From Diplonema japonicum (Eukaryota; Protista; Euglenozoa: Diplonemea): a DNA stretch of 64,000 bases. The stretch lies in contig OZ025691.1 of assembly GCA_964019335.1 (NCBI GenBank), forward strand, positions 1-64,000, given 5' to 3'. Under the pieces are notes generated by a model that had not been told where the DNA came from, did no database searches, and saw only the letters and a program-made list of their open reading frames with translations. The translations under genes were made by a program, and so were the position numbers. Below, one piece after another: positions 11,241-23,300 of this stretch; the first letter of the stretch is position 1; every line of letters begins with the position of its first letter.

Positions 11241-13393
11241 ATGTGGAGATCTATCAGAACATGCGTGGTACCTTTTCAGAGCAGGGGGATTGCTAGTGTT
11301 AAGGTTATGGACGGACAACGAGAAGATCTGATCCCGAAGTACGCCCTTGTCAAGCCAGAAAATGTGAAAGAGGACGTGGAGGGGATGTTGTCCGGATGCA
11401 AGACGACAATGGCAAAGGTGGAGGCGCTCAAAGAAAACGAAGTCACCTGGGAGAACGCGATGACCCCCTTCCGAGAAGTAGACAACTGGTGCAACAGAGT
11501 GTGGGGAGCAGTGTCGCACATATCAAGCGTAAACAACACGGACGAACTCCGCAAGGTGTACAACGAGATGCTGCCTGAGGTTGTCAAGTTTGAACTCGAG
11601 GTGAAACAAAACAAAGCCATCTACCAAAAGATCGTCGCTCTGAAGGAATCCAAGGACTTCGAAAAGTTCTCAGCAGGCAAACGTCGCACTATCCAACAGA
11701 TCATCAACGACGCACGCTTTGCAGGCCTCTCCCTTGAGGGCGACGAGAAGGAGGAGTTCAACAAGATCTCAAGCGAACTATCGCTCCTTTCTACAAACTT
11801 CAAGAACAACGTTATCGATGAAATGAAGAAGCACGAACTCCTTGTCACTGACGCGTCTTGTATGGACGGCGTGCCCGACCATGTTCTGGAACAGGGGTTG
11901 GACACCATGAAGACGCGACACCCTGACACCCCTTGCGACCTCAAGGCAGGCCCTTGGTGCTTTACCCTCGATCTTTACCACGATTTCATGAAGTATTGCA
12001 AAGACAGAGACCTCCGCAAAACCTTCTACATGCTGAACATTACAAAAGCCAGCACAGGCGATTTCGACAACAGTGCGGTTATCGAACAGATCCTCAAGCT
12101 CAGAAAGAGAAAAGCCCAACTCCTCGGTTTCAAAACCCACGCTGAACTATCTCTTGCCAAGAAGATGGCACCTTCCGTGGATGTGGTCCTGCAGACCATT
12201 GAGGAGATGCGCGTTGCATCCCTCGCCAAGGCGAAGGAGGAGGTCGAGTGGCTGAAGAAGATCGCCGGGCACGACATCCTCCCGTGGGACGTGACGTTTT
12301 TCACACAGCAATTAAAAGAAAAATCCTTGGAACTACCGAAGGACCTGGTGAACTACTTCCCCCTTGAGAAGGTGATGGACGGCCTGTTCAAGGTGGTAAA
12401 GGAACTCTTCAAGGTTGACATTACACTAGTGGACACACCCGAGGAACTATCGTGGGATGAGTACGTGAGGCTGTACGAGGTGAAGAACCTCGAGGGGGAG
12501 GTCATTGCGAAGTTCTTTGTGGACCCCTACGCCCGACCTGGCTCAAAGAAGGACGGTGCGTGGATGTCGGGCATCGTACCAAAGCAGAGGAACGCTGAAG
12601 GAAAACTCATCATCCCATCCGCCCACATTGTGTGCAACGCGTCCAAGCCCGTAGGAGGAAAACCAGCTCTGCTGTCTCCAGATGACGTGGTGACCCTGTT
12701 CCACGAGTGCGGGCACTGCCTGCAGCACATCTTGTCTGAGGTAGAGGAATACGGTGTGTCAGGGATAGAAGGGATCGAGTGGGACGCTGTCGAACTGCCT
12801 TCACAGTTCATGGAGAATTGGTTCTACCTCAAGAAAAACCTCAAATCCATCGGCTGCCACTGGGAAACAGGCGAGCCCCTGTCCGAAGAGACAATGGACA
12901 ACCTCACAGAACTGAAATACTTCTGTGGCGGCCTTTCAATGCTCCGCCAGATGGCCTTAGCCTCTGTGGACATGCGCCTGCATCATGAATATGAGGCCAA
13001 GAGTGGTGATATTGAAGTGTTCAACTTCTATGCAGACGCACTGAAGCCCTTCAACGTGATCGAGAAGGTGCCCGAGGACAGGATGCTGTGCTCGTTCAGC
13101 CATATCTTTGCTGGTGGTTACTCAGCTGGGTACTACAGCTACATGTGGGCTGAGATCCTTTCCTCTGATGCTTTCGGTGCATTTGAGGACGCTGGCCTCG
13201 ACAACCCTGAGGAACTGGAGGCTACTGGGAAGCGTTTCCGTGACACTGTCCTTGCCCTCGGAGGCTCTGTCCACCCTTCTGAGGTCTTCCGCATGTTCCG
13301 CGGGAGGGACCCAACCGTCGATGCTGTGTTGCGCCACAACTGTCTTGGAGACTACCCCCGCCCTAACCCCCTTGACAAGATCAAGCATCTTTG

Positions 13394-13394
<1 letters not shown>
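11241..13394 (+). CDS. Oligopeptidase A (peptidase M3A), probable mitochondrial presequence
   Basis: FHECGH zinc motif, WDAVELPSQFMENW, FSHIFAGGYSAGYYSY. N-terminus MWRSIRT..SRG. Confidence 0.93.
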
Positions 13395-13426
<32 letters not shown>

Positions 13427-13644
13427 TTCCGGAAATGGGGTTTTTCACTTTTTTTTGCCTTGACAGGTTTTAGAGAAAGAAGTGGGGGGGGGTTTTTTTT
13501 TCATATAAAAAAAAAGGGGGGAGGGACGGATATAAAAATAAAGAAGAAAAAAAAAAATAGAGAGAAAGTGTTTCTTTTTTTTGTTTTTGTTTCCCCCCCT
13601 TCTTCTTCTCCTTCTTTCGCATTGTAACCACAGAGAGAAGGGTG

Positions 13645-13902
13645 ATGAGTAGGCCTTTGAGGACGAAGCTTGGGCAGGCATACGAGAAATGTTTCGATGA
13701 GGGTAATGTATACGCGCAGTGCGTAGAGGCGAAACTGGAAGGGACAGGTTTCATGCAAGGGATGTGCTCGAAGGAGGTGTGCAAAATAAAAAAAAAAAAA
13801 ACATTCAACAAAACACCCACACAGTTCCAACGGTACAAACAATGCGTACAACAGCAATACCACCCTAATATCAACAACCCCAGAAACCCGTTTGCGAAAT
13901 AA
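13645..13902 (+). CDS. NDUFAF8: Twin-CX9C protein, NDUFAF8-like complex I assembly factor (intron 13777-13824)
   Basis: Spliced product CFDEGNVYAQC...CSKEFQRYKQC matches the NDUFAF8 pattern C...Y..C...C..EF..L..C. Confidence 0.7.
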   Translation: MSRPLRTKLGQAYEKCFDEGNVYAQCVEAKLEGTGFMQGMCSKEVCKIKKKKTFNKTPTQFQRYKQCVQQQYHPNINNPRNPFAK

Positions 13903-13979
13903 CTTTCTGTTTTATTTTCCCTTTTTTTTTATATATATTATTATGACAACATCCATTCAAGCACAGCTCACAGGCGGGG

Positions 13980-15218
13980 ATGGTTGCTGCCAGCCGCAAT
14001 TGGCACCATGAACACGTAGTCCAACTAGCATTGGACGTGCTGCGTCGCGGCGATGAAACGGCCAAAGAATTCAAGAAACACTACAACGCAATGATGGAAC
14101 AGAGTAGTCTTGCAGCAATAAAGAGGTTGGGGAAGCTGATCAAGAGGCTTATTCTAATACAAGAAGAGGCCGGGGGTGAGAGAGACCTCCCCATAACAGT
14201 CACATCTGCTGAGGTCTACATGGTTGTCTTTGCCTACAGTGTGCTGTCGGAGGAGTCAGGTGCCAGGGACACGGCGATCTGCAGTCTTCACAACCTTATG
14301 CTGTTCGATGCCACTGTTCACTACGCACGGGTGTATTTAGCATGGGTCCACGTTAAAGAGAACAAGATTGACATTGCCCTCAAGATGCTTGATGTCCCTT
14401 CCCAGAGCGGACAGGACGGGCACCTTGAGGTCCTCTGCCTTAGAGCTTACTGTGCAAAGTGCTTGTTCCACGAAGATGCTTTCCGAAAGGATCTGATATC
14501 CTGCACCGCAGCCTCCAAGCACCTCTCTGCCAGCCCTGTCGGTCATCTCGCTGCCAAAGGCGTTCGCATGCTATCCTTCTGCAGTCTCCTTGCCGACTCC
14601 GTTCTAAGCACCTTCTCTGGTCCCGCCCTTGAGGACGCTATGTGTGGCGCGTTGCACATACTCAAAGTCAGTCCTTCTATGTTCTGTTTTCCACCACGGG
14701 TGGTGCACCCTATTGGCGAAGGGTTGCGCAGAGCAAAGGTTTTTTTCAGGAACTCATTGCCCGATGCAGTGGCCGTGCGGTGGCTTTCAATGTTCAGAAA
14801 CACGGAAGTCATGCAGAGAGTGCTCGCCGTTGCCATAGCTGTCACGGTGGACACAGTGGACATGGCGCAAGAAGCGCTACTCGCCCTGTCGGGGTGCTTC
14901 GCGTGTCTTGCTGTTGTCCTGGTGCGGATATCACGAAAAGACCGCACGCGCCGACGACACCGCACCCTCCCGGCAGTGCACCCGTTTCTCTGTCTTGCTG
15001 CTGTTGCCTGCCGCCAGGCTGCCATTGCGTCTCTTTTCAAACGCCGTGCGAGGCATCGACTGAGGGCACGTAACCCACTCAAGCCTGTGCCGTCGCTGCC
15101 ATGTTCTGTACGACGCACAGTCACCGCACCCCTTGTCCATGCAGCGGATGTGTACCTGAAGGAGCTGGCGGCCATGCGAGACTACGAGTGCTTGAGAAGG
15201 AAGATCGGTGTGTCGTAA
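13980..15218 (+). CDS. Hypothetical helical (TPR-like) protein, 412 aa
   Basis: Long ORF with coding composition, co-oriented with neighbours. No family recognised with certainty. Confidence 0.65.
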   Translation: MVAASRNWHHEHVVQLALDVLRRGDETAKEFKKHYNAMMEQSSLAAIKRLGKLIKRLILIQEEAGGERDLPITVTSAEVYMVVFAYSVLSEESGARDTAICSLHNLMLFDATVHYARVYLAWVHVKENKIDIALKMLDVPSQSGQDGHLEVLCLRAYCAKCLFHEDAFRKDLISCTAASKHLSASPVGHLAAKGVRMLSFCSLLADSVLSTFSGPALEDAMCGALHILKVSPSMFCFPPRVVHPIGEGLRRAKVFFRNSLPDAVAVRWLSMFRNTEVMQRVLAVAIAVTVDTVDMAQEALLALSGCFACLAVVLVRISRKDRTRRRHRTLPAVHPFLCLAAVACRQAAIASLFKRRARHRLRARNPLKPVPSLPCSVRRTVTAPLVHAADVYLKELAAMRDYECLRRKIGVS

Positions 15219-15439
15219 TACACACTTGCATTTACACAAGCCTTTTTTTTTTTTCTTCTTTTTTTGTTGGACCAGTTAACACTTTCTCAAGGAAAAAACA
15301 AAAAAAAAAAAATCCAAAGTAAAAAGTAAAAGAAAAAAAAAAAAAAAAAAAAAAAAAACCATTATTATATTATCTAACGCTTACTCCGGTTTTTCTCCCC
15401 CCCCTCCCTTCTGACATCTATTCATTACACAAAGGAACA

Positions 15440-16333
15440 ATGCCTGTGGTGCAAGGGTACACGTTCGAGAAAGAGGAGGCAGGAGAAGCTGTAAGGTGGG
15501 AAGAAGTGGGGAAGGCGTTGAATGACGTGGGAATGCAGGCGAGCGAGATGGGGAGGGCCGTGCAAGAGGTAGTAGGCATGGTGAAGAGGAGGAGAGAACA
15601 GGGCGAGAAGATAGTGCTAGCATTCACAAGCAACCTGATATCAAGCGGCCTGAGGGACATGTTCACAATGATGGCAAGGGAGAAGATGATGGACGTGGTC
15701 GTCACAACTGCAGGCGGCGTTGAGGAGGATTTCATCAAATGCCTGGGACCGACGGTTCTTGGCGACTTTGCATTGGACGGTGCTGATCTAAGGTCGAAGG
15801 GGTTGAACAGAATCGCAAACCTGCTAGTCCCCAACGACAACTACTGCAAGTTCGAAGACTGGATGAAACCCATCCTGGATGCAATGAAGGAGGAACAAGA
15901 CAAGGACAACGCTGCATGGACACCCTCCACGATGATAGACCGCTTCGGGAAGGACATCAAGGACCCCACTTCCTTCTACAACCAATGCCACGAAGGGAAC
16001 ATCCCTGTGTTCTGCCCATCCCTCAGCGATGGGTCCATCGGCGACATGCTGTTCTTCCATGCCTTCAAGAACCCCGGGTTGGTGTTGGACACAGCGGGTG
16101 ATCTAAATCGCATTGCTGGATGTTTGAAGGGCGCACAGAAAGTGAACGTTATCTGTCTTGGGGGAGGGCTTCCCAAGCACCACTCTCTCCAAGCTGTTCG
16201 CCTTGCGCAGTCAGCTCTTTCTAGCCTCGTCCTCATCAACACCGGACCTCAGTTTGACGGCTCTGAGACGGGTATGAGTGAGGCGAATGATAAGAGCGAA
16301 GGGAGAATCGCAAAAGGTGTGATATGAAAAAAA

Positions 16334-16365
<32 letters not shown>

Positions 16366-16458
16366 AAACCAGACTCCACTGTGATTAGGCTGCACTCAGA
16401 AGCCACGCTTGTCTTCCCCATCATCATGCAGAGGGCGCTTGCGCAGCTTGCCAACTGA
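15440..16458 (+). CDS. DHS: Deoxyhypusine synthase paralogue lacking the catalytic Lys (intron 16317-16372)
   Basis: FTSNLISSGLR, VTTAGGVEEDFIKC, DGSIGDMLFFH, GGGLPKHH. Exon 2 HSEATLVFP. The SWGK motif reads SEGR. Confidence 0.9.
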
Positions 16459-16473
16459 TGTTGTTCTGTCCCT

Positions 16474-16507
<34 letters not shown>

Positions 16508-16758
16508 TTTCATGTTGTTAAAAGAAACGCCTCAAAATACTTTGTCTTTTTTTTTGGGGGGAGGAGGGGTTTCATACTTGTGCAGCCTCAGAATTGTTTG
16601 GATTGTTCTTTGGAAACATGAGACGTTTTATTGTATTAGTATCTTCTTCCCCCATAAAAAAGGACCCCCCCCCCCCCAGCCCCCTTCTGGTTATCAAATG
16701 CATATAGGACAGAGATCGAAGGCGAAAAGTGCAAAATAAAGAAAAAGCGAGAAATTCC

Positions 16759-16803
<45 letters not shown>

Positions 16804-16991
16804 GAAAAAGGGGTGGAAAGAAAAAGAGAAGGGGAAAAGGGGGGTCCCGTACAGCCTATCCTGTTCCTCCCCCCTTTTTTTTCTTTGCGTGACCATGTGA
16901 GCAGTACAAATTAACATCAACAATAAGTTTAAAACACACACGCACACGCACACACACACACACACACACAGGTTGTATTGTATAAAAATAA

Positions 16992-18782
16992 ATGGAAGAT
17001 GAGAACGAACCCACAGAAACACAGGAGGTAGAAGAGCCTGTGGAGATGGAGACAGAAAAAGGAGAAGAGGAAAATAAAGCGGAGGAAGAAGAAGACGAGA
17101 AGCCTTCTGAGGATGAAACAGTTGACCAACAAGCTGTGTCAGACAACGTGGAAGAAGGGCTGGCCGAAGTACTGCCCCCAGAAGAAGAGAAGCCGGAAGA
17201 CGCTGTAGCTCAATCAGCACAACTTCCTGAACCTGAATCTGAACCTGAAGTCGAGACCGAGGCACAGCCATCGGAACATAGTTACCAGAAGAGCCTCCCA
17301 GCAGACCCACCATCACCCCCCACCTCGGCTCAGCACTCCATGAGAAGCTCCTTCCGCATGCCTGAACCGCAGCGTTACGAGGCTTCCAGTAGGAGCAGCA
17401 GTGGTGGCTGTGACTATGTGGAGTTCCACCTCAACCAACAGGCACCTCTCGATGCCCTCAGCGACAGTGAGAGTGGCGTGTCCGACATTTCGAAGATGGA
17501 TATAGGTGAACGCCTCTACTACGCAGGCTGCGGTGCGGAGCAGAAGAAGCAAGCTTTCGTCAAGCAAGAGAGGGAGAGCAAGGTCCTCAATGAACTATCA
17601 CAACTCTCACAACCCAAGATCACCCGCAAGGGCCGCGAACAACCGCCGCGTGGCGACGAGTTCCGTTCAGCAGGTGTCTCCGGGATGTGGAAGGAAAGGC
17701 TGGAAATGGTGCGGCAAAAAAGAAAAGAGCTCGAGGAAGAGAGCATCAAGATGCAAACGACAGGCGTGCCCATGGGGTCGAACAGCAAGAGGATTGTGGA
17801 GCAGAACATGGCTAGGAAGTATCACGGCCCGATTTCAGGGTGGGAGGTGCACCGCGACAGGCATCTCAAGAAGCAGTACCCTGCGGCTGACCCCTTTGAC
17901 ACCTTTGTCCCGAACATCAACAGGGAGAAGAACCTCGGGTCGTACAAAGGTGAGGTGTTCTCGAGGCTGCACACGGATGCAGTCAAGAGGACGGTCCCTA
18001 CAGGTGAGACTACTCCCAAGCAGACCAACACGATCACCTTCATTTCGCAGACAGAGAAGGACAGACGCGAGCGCGCGTCGGTGTCCCCTTCTGTGAAAGG
18101 AGATGCGACACCGGACTTTGTGGTGCACAGGCTTCTGAGCGCGGGACAGGCCAAGGAACGCCGCAGGGCGAAGGTGTCAGCCGAGTTTAGTGAAGCAGCG
18201 GAGAGGAAGTACAGCTATCACCCGTCACTCAATGAGAAGTCGTTGGAGCTGGCAGCAGAGCGGCGCAAGAGGAAAGCACAAGAGAGAGCATCACCATCTA
18301 TCCACACAACGGTGTCACTGAGCAAAGTGTCGCAGCCATGCAGCCCAACAAAACCGAAGACATCAGCAACGCACGAAACTCGCAAGATGATGGACAACGA
18401 CTTCTTGATGAGGAACAACAAGCAGGTGGTGCATCGAATGGAGCTGGCTAAGTCGAACGAGAGGGAAAAGGTGAGCAGAGAGCTAGAGCACTGCACGTTT
18501 TATCCAAGGCTGAACCCCAACAGCGAGGCGCTGCTAGCTGAACGCTCGCAAGGCACCGGCAGGGAGTACATTGCAAGCTTCAAAACGGAGACATCATCTC
18601 CGTCGCCGGGCATCCGCATGCGCGACACAACGCCGCAGGACACAGTGGTACCGCCCCCGAACCTTGCAGCGTCACCGTTTGATAGAACTGCTGAGTCGTA
18701 CGCGACAACACTGAACAAAGGTGTCTTTGAGCGTGAGATAGATGCGGTGCTGGACGAATGGAACAAGATACAAGATCTATAA
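16992..18782 (+). CDS. Acidic N-terminus / coiled-coil protein with spaced (T/S)(F/Y)xPxI/LN repeats, possibly cytoskeletal or flagellar
   Basis: 596-aa ORF with motifs DTFVPNIN, YSYHPSLN, CTFYPRLN, LSQPKIT. Confidence 0.7.
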   Translation: MEDENEPTETQEVEEPVEMETEKGEEENKAEEEEDEKPSEDETVDQQAVSDNVEEGLAEVLPPEEEKPEDAVAQSAQLPEPESEPEVETEAQPSEHSYQKSLPADPPSPPTSAQHSMRSSFRMPEPQRYEASSRSSSGGCDYVEFHLNQQAPLDALSDSESGVSDISKMDIGERLYYAGCGAEQKKQAFVKQERESKVLNELSQLSQPKITRKGREQPPRGDEFRSAGVSGMWKERLEMVRQKRKELEEESIKMQTTGVPMGSNSKRIVEQNMARKYHGPISGWEVHRDRHLKKQYPAADPFDTFVPNINREKNLGSYKGEVFSRLHTDAVKRTVPTGETTPKQTNTITFISQTEKDRRERASVSPSVKGDATPDFVVHRLLSAGQAKERRRAKVSAEFSEAAERKYSYHPSLNEKSLELAAERRKRKAQERASPSIHTTVSLSKVSQPCSPTKPKTSATHETRKMMDNDFLMRNNKQVVHRMELAKSNEREKVSRELEHCTFYPRLNPNSEALLAERSQGTGREYIASFKTETSSPSPGIRMRDTTPQDTVVPPPNLAASPFDRTAESYATTLNKGVFEREIDAVLDEWNKIQDL

Positions 18783-18823
18783 CCTTTGACCCTTCTCCTT
18801 TTCCTTATCCCCCGTACAATGTA

Positions 18824-18860
<37 letters not shown>

Positions 18861-18974
18861 CCTCTTTTCTATTTTTCTTTTTTTTTTGCCCATGTCCCAT
18901 ATATTTGTTGTGGTTTATTGAGTGCTAAGTGGAAATCCCCATATTCCCAACGCCTGCATGCAGCAGCAGAATAG

Positions 18975-20741
18975 ATGGAGGTGTTTGTTCAGGATGCAGC
19001 TGGGCAGCGACAGGGGATGGTGGTGAAGGAGCAGGACACGCTTGCGGAGGTGGTGAAGGAGGCTGAGAGGGTGCTGAACTATGAGGTGAAGGAGTGCACG
19101 GAGCTGTGGTACGACGGGGCGGTGGTGGCAGTGGCTGGGGAGGGAGGGGGCGGCAGCTTCTGCGGGCTGACGGGGATCAGTGCAGGTGAGGATGTTCAAG
19201 CCGTCTACTCGAACGCGAAGCTGAAGGAAAGGGTCGTGGCGGGTGAGATCTCCCTCGATGCCAACTCGCCGGATGTGATGCGCGGCGACGCTGAGATCGC
19301 CCTCCTTGTGGCACAGCACTCCCCGGGTTCGCTGAAGCATGCCCTCCCCTCCCTGAGGGGGGACAAAGGCTTCATGTTGGCTACATTCAGCAGCGAATTA
19401 GTAAACGACAAAGCTACGGTTCTGCGTTGTGCCACCCCTGAGCTCCTCGACGATGCTGGCTTTGCAGCTGACATCATCAAAAAGTCATGTGGGCGTAGTC
19501 GCAATGAACTCCAGTATTTTTCAAGAGGGTTACAGGCAGACGCGAGGCTGCAGATGCTTCAGAGGGCTGTTACTGAGCGACTACTCCCAGACGCTGTCCT
19601 TTCTGACGACACTGAGATCGCGATGCTTCAGATTAGCATATGGCCAGCGTCTCTGCAGCACGTCTCTGAGCGTCTGCAGGGCGACAAGGAGTTCGTGCTG
19701 GTTGCAACGAAGATTGGCGGAACAAGCTTGAGGTATGCGGCAGAGCACTTGAGGAACGACCCTGATGTTGTTCGTGCAGCTGTGCAGAGCAATGGGCTGG
19801 CCTTGCGCTTTGTACCTGGAGGGGAAGAAGAGCCTCCCATGAACTACATCTACATGAAGAGGAGGGACCTTCGCGCACTGTGCAAGAGGCGCTGTATCCC
19901 TATAGGAGCTGATACCCTCAAACCGAAACTTGTCACGTTGCTTATGGAACACGACAAGGAGAAGAAGGATAAGAAGGATAAGGAAAGGGAACAACTTAAT
20001 AGGACGACAGCATCTGGGGACGAACCTCCTGCAAAGAAGCAGAAAATCGAAGGGCCGTCCTTGAGGAGCAATGAGGAGATAGTCCTGATGGCGGTGAAGA
20101 GAAGCTGGGAGGCTGTTTCTTTCGCCACAGGTGCGGCGAAGGAAAGCAAGGAAGTGGCACTGGTAGCGGTACAGAATTCAAAACACTCGTTTGATCTACT
20201 GTCGGAACGGCTTCGTGGCGACAAGGAAGTGGCGATAGCGATGGTGAGTGCTGACGGGCATTCCTTGAACCTCCTATCCAGAGAGTTAAAGAAGGATAAG
20301 AGTGTAGTGTTAGCAGCGGTGAAGAAGAATGGGGCTGCACTTAAATACGTGAAAAACCACTTCGGAGATGACAAGGACGTGGCCTTGGTAGCCTGCATGG
20401 GGGGTGGATGGCATCACATCTCGGACAGGCTGAAGGAGGACAAGGAGGTGGCGATGCGGGCGGTTGTGTACAACGGGAGAAACTTCTCGAAGCTCAGCAC
20501 AACACTGCGGAACGACAAGGACGTGGCACTGGTCGCAGTGAAGAGGACGAGGGGCGCCCTCGAATTTCTTGGGGAGGACTTGAGGAAAAGCCTGGGACGT
20601 GACCTGGAGTTTGCCATGGCAGCGATTGATAGTGTTGATAGTTCGTGTTTTGATGAGCGTCTCGCTAAGCTAAGAGACAGTGTACTGAACCCAACGACAC
20701 CCACACCAGCGACACCGCCAGCAGAGGGAGATAACCAATGA
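18975..20741 (+). CDS. DUF4116-repeat protein
   Basis: Repeated L..DKEVAL.AV...G..L...S..L units. Confidence 0.85.
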   Translation: MEVFVQDAAGQRQGMVVKEQDTLAEVVKEAERVLNYEVKECTELWYDGAVVAVAGEGGGGSFCGLTGISAGEDVQAVYSNAKLKERVVAGEISLDANSPDVMRGDAEIALLVAQHSPGSLKHALPSLRGDKGFMLATFSSELVNDKATVLRCATPELLDDAGFAADIIKKSCGRSRNELQYFSRGLQADARLQMLQRAVTERLLPDAVLSDDTEIAMLQISIWPASLQHVSERLQGDKEFVLVATKIGGTSLRYAAEHLRNDPDVVRAAVQSNGLALRFVPGGEEEPPMNYIYMKRRDLRALCKRRCIPIGADTLKPKLVTLLMEHDKEKKDKKDKEREQLNRTTASGDEPPAKKQKIEGPSLRSNEEIVLMAVKRSWEAVSFATGAAKESKEVALVAVQNSKHSFDLLSERLRGDKEVAIAMVSADGHSLNLLSRELKKDKSVVLAAVKKNGAALKYVKNHFGDDKDVALVACMGGGWHHISDRLKEDKEVAMRAVVYNGRNFSKLSTTLRNDKDVALVAVKRTRGALEFLGEDLRKSLGRDLEFAMAAIDSVDSSCFDERLAKLRDSVLNPTTPTPATPPAEGDNQ

Positions 20742-21044
20742 ATCCAAAAGAAGTATAGGAAAGAGAAGCCAGTACCCTGCAACAACAAAACAAACACCTT
20801 ATCCCATTTAACCTATGGTAGCACTCGTTAGGACGTAGTAAGTTTTTTTTTTTTTTTTTTTTTTTTTTAGAGGGAATGAGGGGCAGTAATAACCCCCCCC
20901 CCCCCCCGTCTTCTATGAGTGAATTCTGACTTTTTTTTTTTGGAGTGAGCTTTTCCACGTCTTTTTTTTTTGTTTTTGTTTTTGTTTTGTTAACTTCACC
21001 ATAAGGAAGGAGGGGGCGGGTGGGGAAGGACTGCTGGCGGCGTA

Positions 21045-21521
21045 ATGTCGGCTCTAAAAACAGAGGTTATTCTTGCGACGTCGAGCGATGAGCGGCACCC
21101 CTTCACGAACATGACAGACGGGGACGAGAAGACCTTCTGGTGCACGACGGGCATGTACCCACAGGAGGTACTAGTTGGGTTCCAGGGTGACTCTGTAAAC
21201 CTCAGCAAGTTGAAAACTGTCACCCACAGCGTGAAGAGGCTGGTAGTGAAATCTTCGTGTGAGACACAGCCCATCAAGTTCAAAGTTGTCCTTGATGTGG
21301 AGCTAGGCGAGAAAGGCTCTTCGCTTCAGTCGGAGACGTTCCAGATCAACAACACTGTAGGTTCCGGAGTGCGCTTTGTTAAGCTGATAGTACAGTCGGG
21401 CTGGGAAGACTTCTCAACTATCCACTCCCTCTCCTTCGATGGCACTGTAGAGACCGTCGAGCCTGCCCCGAAACCCTCCGCAACAACGGGTCCTCCTGCG
21501 GCTCTTGGAACCAAAGATTAG
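21045..21521 (+). CDS. IFT25: Intraflagellar transport protein 25 (HSPB11)
   Basis: ATSSDERHP..NM.DGDEKTFW.TTGMYPQE ... IVQSGWEDFSTIH. Confidence 0.92.
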   Translation: MSALKTEVILATSSDERHPFTNMTDGDEKTFWCTTGMYPQEVLVGFQGDSVNLSKLKTVTHSVKRLVVKSSCETQPIKFKVVLDVELGEKGSSLQSETFQINNTVGSGVRFVKLIVQSGWEDFSTIHSLSFDGTVETVEPAPKPSATTGPPAALGTKD

Positions 21522-21564
21522 AAATGACTTTTTTTTATTTATTTATTTGAAAACCACAGAATAT

Positions 21565-21595
21565 GGGGGAAACCTTAAGTTTACAATTTTTTTTT

Positions 21596-21631
<36 letters not shown>

Positions 21632-21866
21632 GCGCGGTTTACCTTAAAAACTTCTTATTTATCTACTGTTTTACCCTAGAATAGGGAATAGGCCGTTTTT
21701 TTAGCCTGAGTTTTTTAAAATTATTATTATTTTTTTTTTGCCACGTTTTCGGGCTACTAGAGTTTCAACAAGCTTTTTGTTATTTGTGGTGGCTGAAGCA
21801 AGATTTCATTTTTTTTTTTTTTTGGAAAAATCAAACGCGTCAATCCAGACTTAAAGTTACCCTGTT
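21565..21866. mobile_element. Degenerate relative of the 1159-1454 MITE
   Basis: Right end ACTTAAAGTTACCCTGTT is identical. Left end degraded (AACCTTAAGTTTAC). Confidence 0.35.
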
Positions 21867-22008
21867 CTTTTTAACTACCCCCCCTCCCCTTCCCCGTTTT
21901 ATAATATTTGGGTTTAAAGAAACCCCCACCCCACCCCTCAGAGAGAAAAAAAAAAAGATTGAAAAAGTTATAGTAATATGACAGTGTCCCGTTTCTTGCA
22001 TCCTTTTT

Positions 22009-22041
<33 letters not shown>

Positions 22042-22055
22042 TGTTCATTTTTCTT

Positions 22056-23030
22056 TTCTTCAAAAATGATCTGAGCCCATTCCGACCTCCAAAACCCAAA
22101 ATAGAGCCGTATTTTAGGCTTTAAATGCAGTTTTGAGAAATTTGGGTTTCGGACTTGTAATCAATATTGGGTCGATTCTTTGCCCATATTTCAGGCAAAA
22201 AAAAGAAGAAAAAAAAAACATATGTGATATGAATCCGTCCAGAAAGAAATGTGTTCAACAGCTTTTCGGGAAAATAATCCTTTTCTATGTCGTTTCGATA
22301 CTAGTGGGTCAGCTTTGTGTATCTGGGGCCCCCGGGAGACGAATAGAAGGGTTGTAATGAGTATGGTTGCAATGCTCGCCTCCCATTTTAATTTTATTGA
22401 CTTTTGATGTCGCTCCAAGTTACAATTTAAACATGAAAAAAAAGGGAGGGAAACTGCTAAAAAGGTAGTCTCAATTTTAGTGCCATGCGGTATGTGACAC
22501 AGCGGCCACCCTTGTGAAACTTCGCCCCGAAGCCTCCCAAGTCAGAGTCCTTGCCTCCAGACGTTCCTGCCACCACGGACTGCTCGTGTTGTAAGAACAG
22601 GCTTTTACCCTCTGCTTACGATGCAGCGAACAACGCGTCTGGAGTCCCATTGATACGGGAATCTCTCTTAAGTACTTTCTGAGGGCAGCCATGCCTTCCA
22701 AACACCCACAAGTACCCTAGCTCACCCTTAGTCCCTTTTCCCTCCCTGTTGCATTCTTGAAACAGCGTCTTCTCATTCTCCAAATTTTCACCGATTAAAA
22801 TAACATAAAATAACGCACCCAGAATTCGCCAAAATTGGGGTGGGCTTTGTATGCCCATGTTCATGTTCATGTTCTCCGAAAATCATATTTCGTGTTTCTG
22901 GACCCCATCTCGACATCTGTGGGGATGAGGACCTCGGCGTGCCCGGTCAATTTTGCACTATTTAAATACCCGAACCGATTAAAATACTCGATTGGTATCG
23001 GTATAACGTGCAGGCTACGAAAAAAGAGGG

Positions 23031-23078
<48 letters not shown>

Positions 23079-23262
23079 AATGTCGAAGAGGCCCCCCGAC
23101 GCGAAGAACATGACCACGACAACCGGTCACTGCTGAAGAGGACACCTTGCTAGAGGAGAGGTGCTTTGAGCGTGAGATAGATGCGGTGCTGGACGAATGG
23201 AACAAGATACAAGATCTATAACCTTTGACCCTTCTCCTTTTCCTTATCCCCCGTACAATGTA

Positions 23263-23300
<38 letters not shown>

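Noticed and set aside
16934-16970. (CA)n microsatellite before an ATG
   Set aside because: Ordinary simple repeat with no evidence of function.
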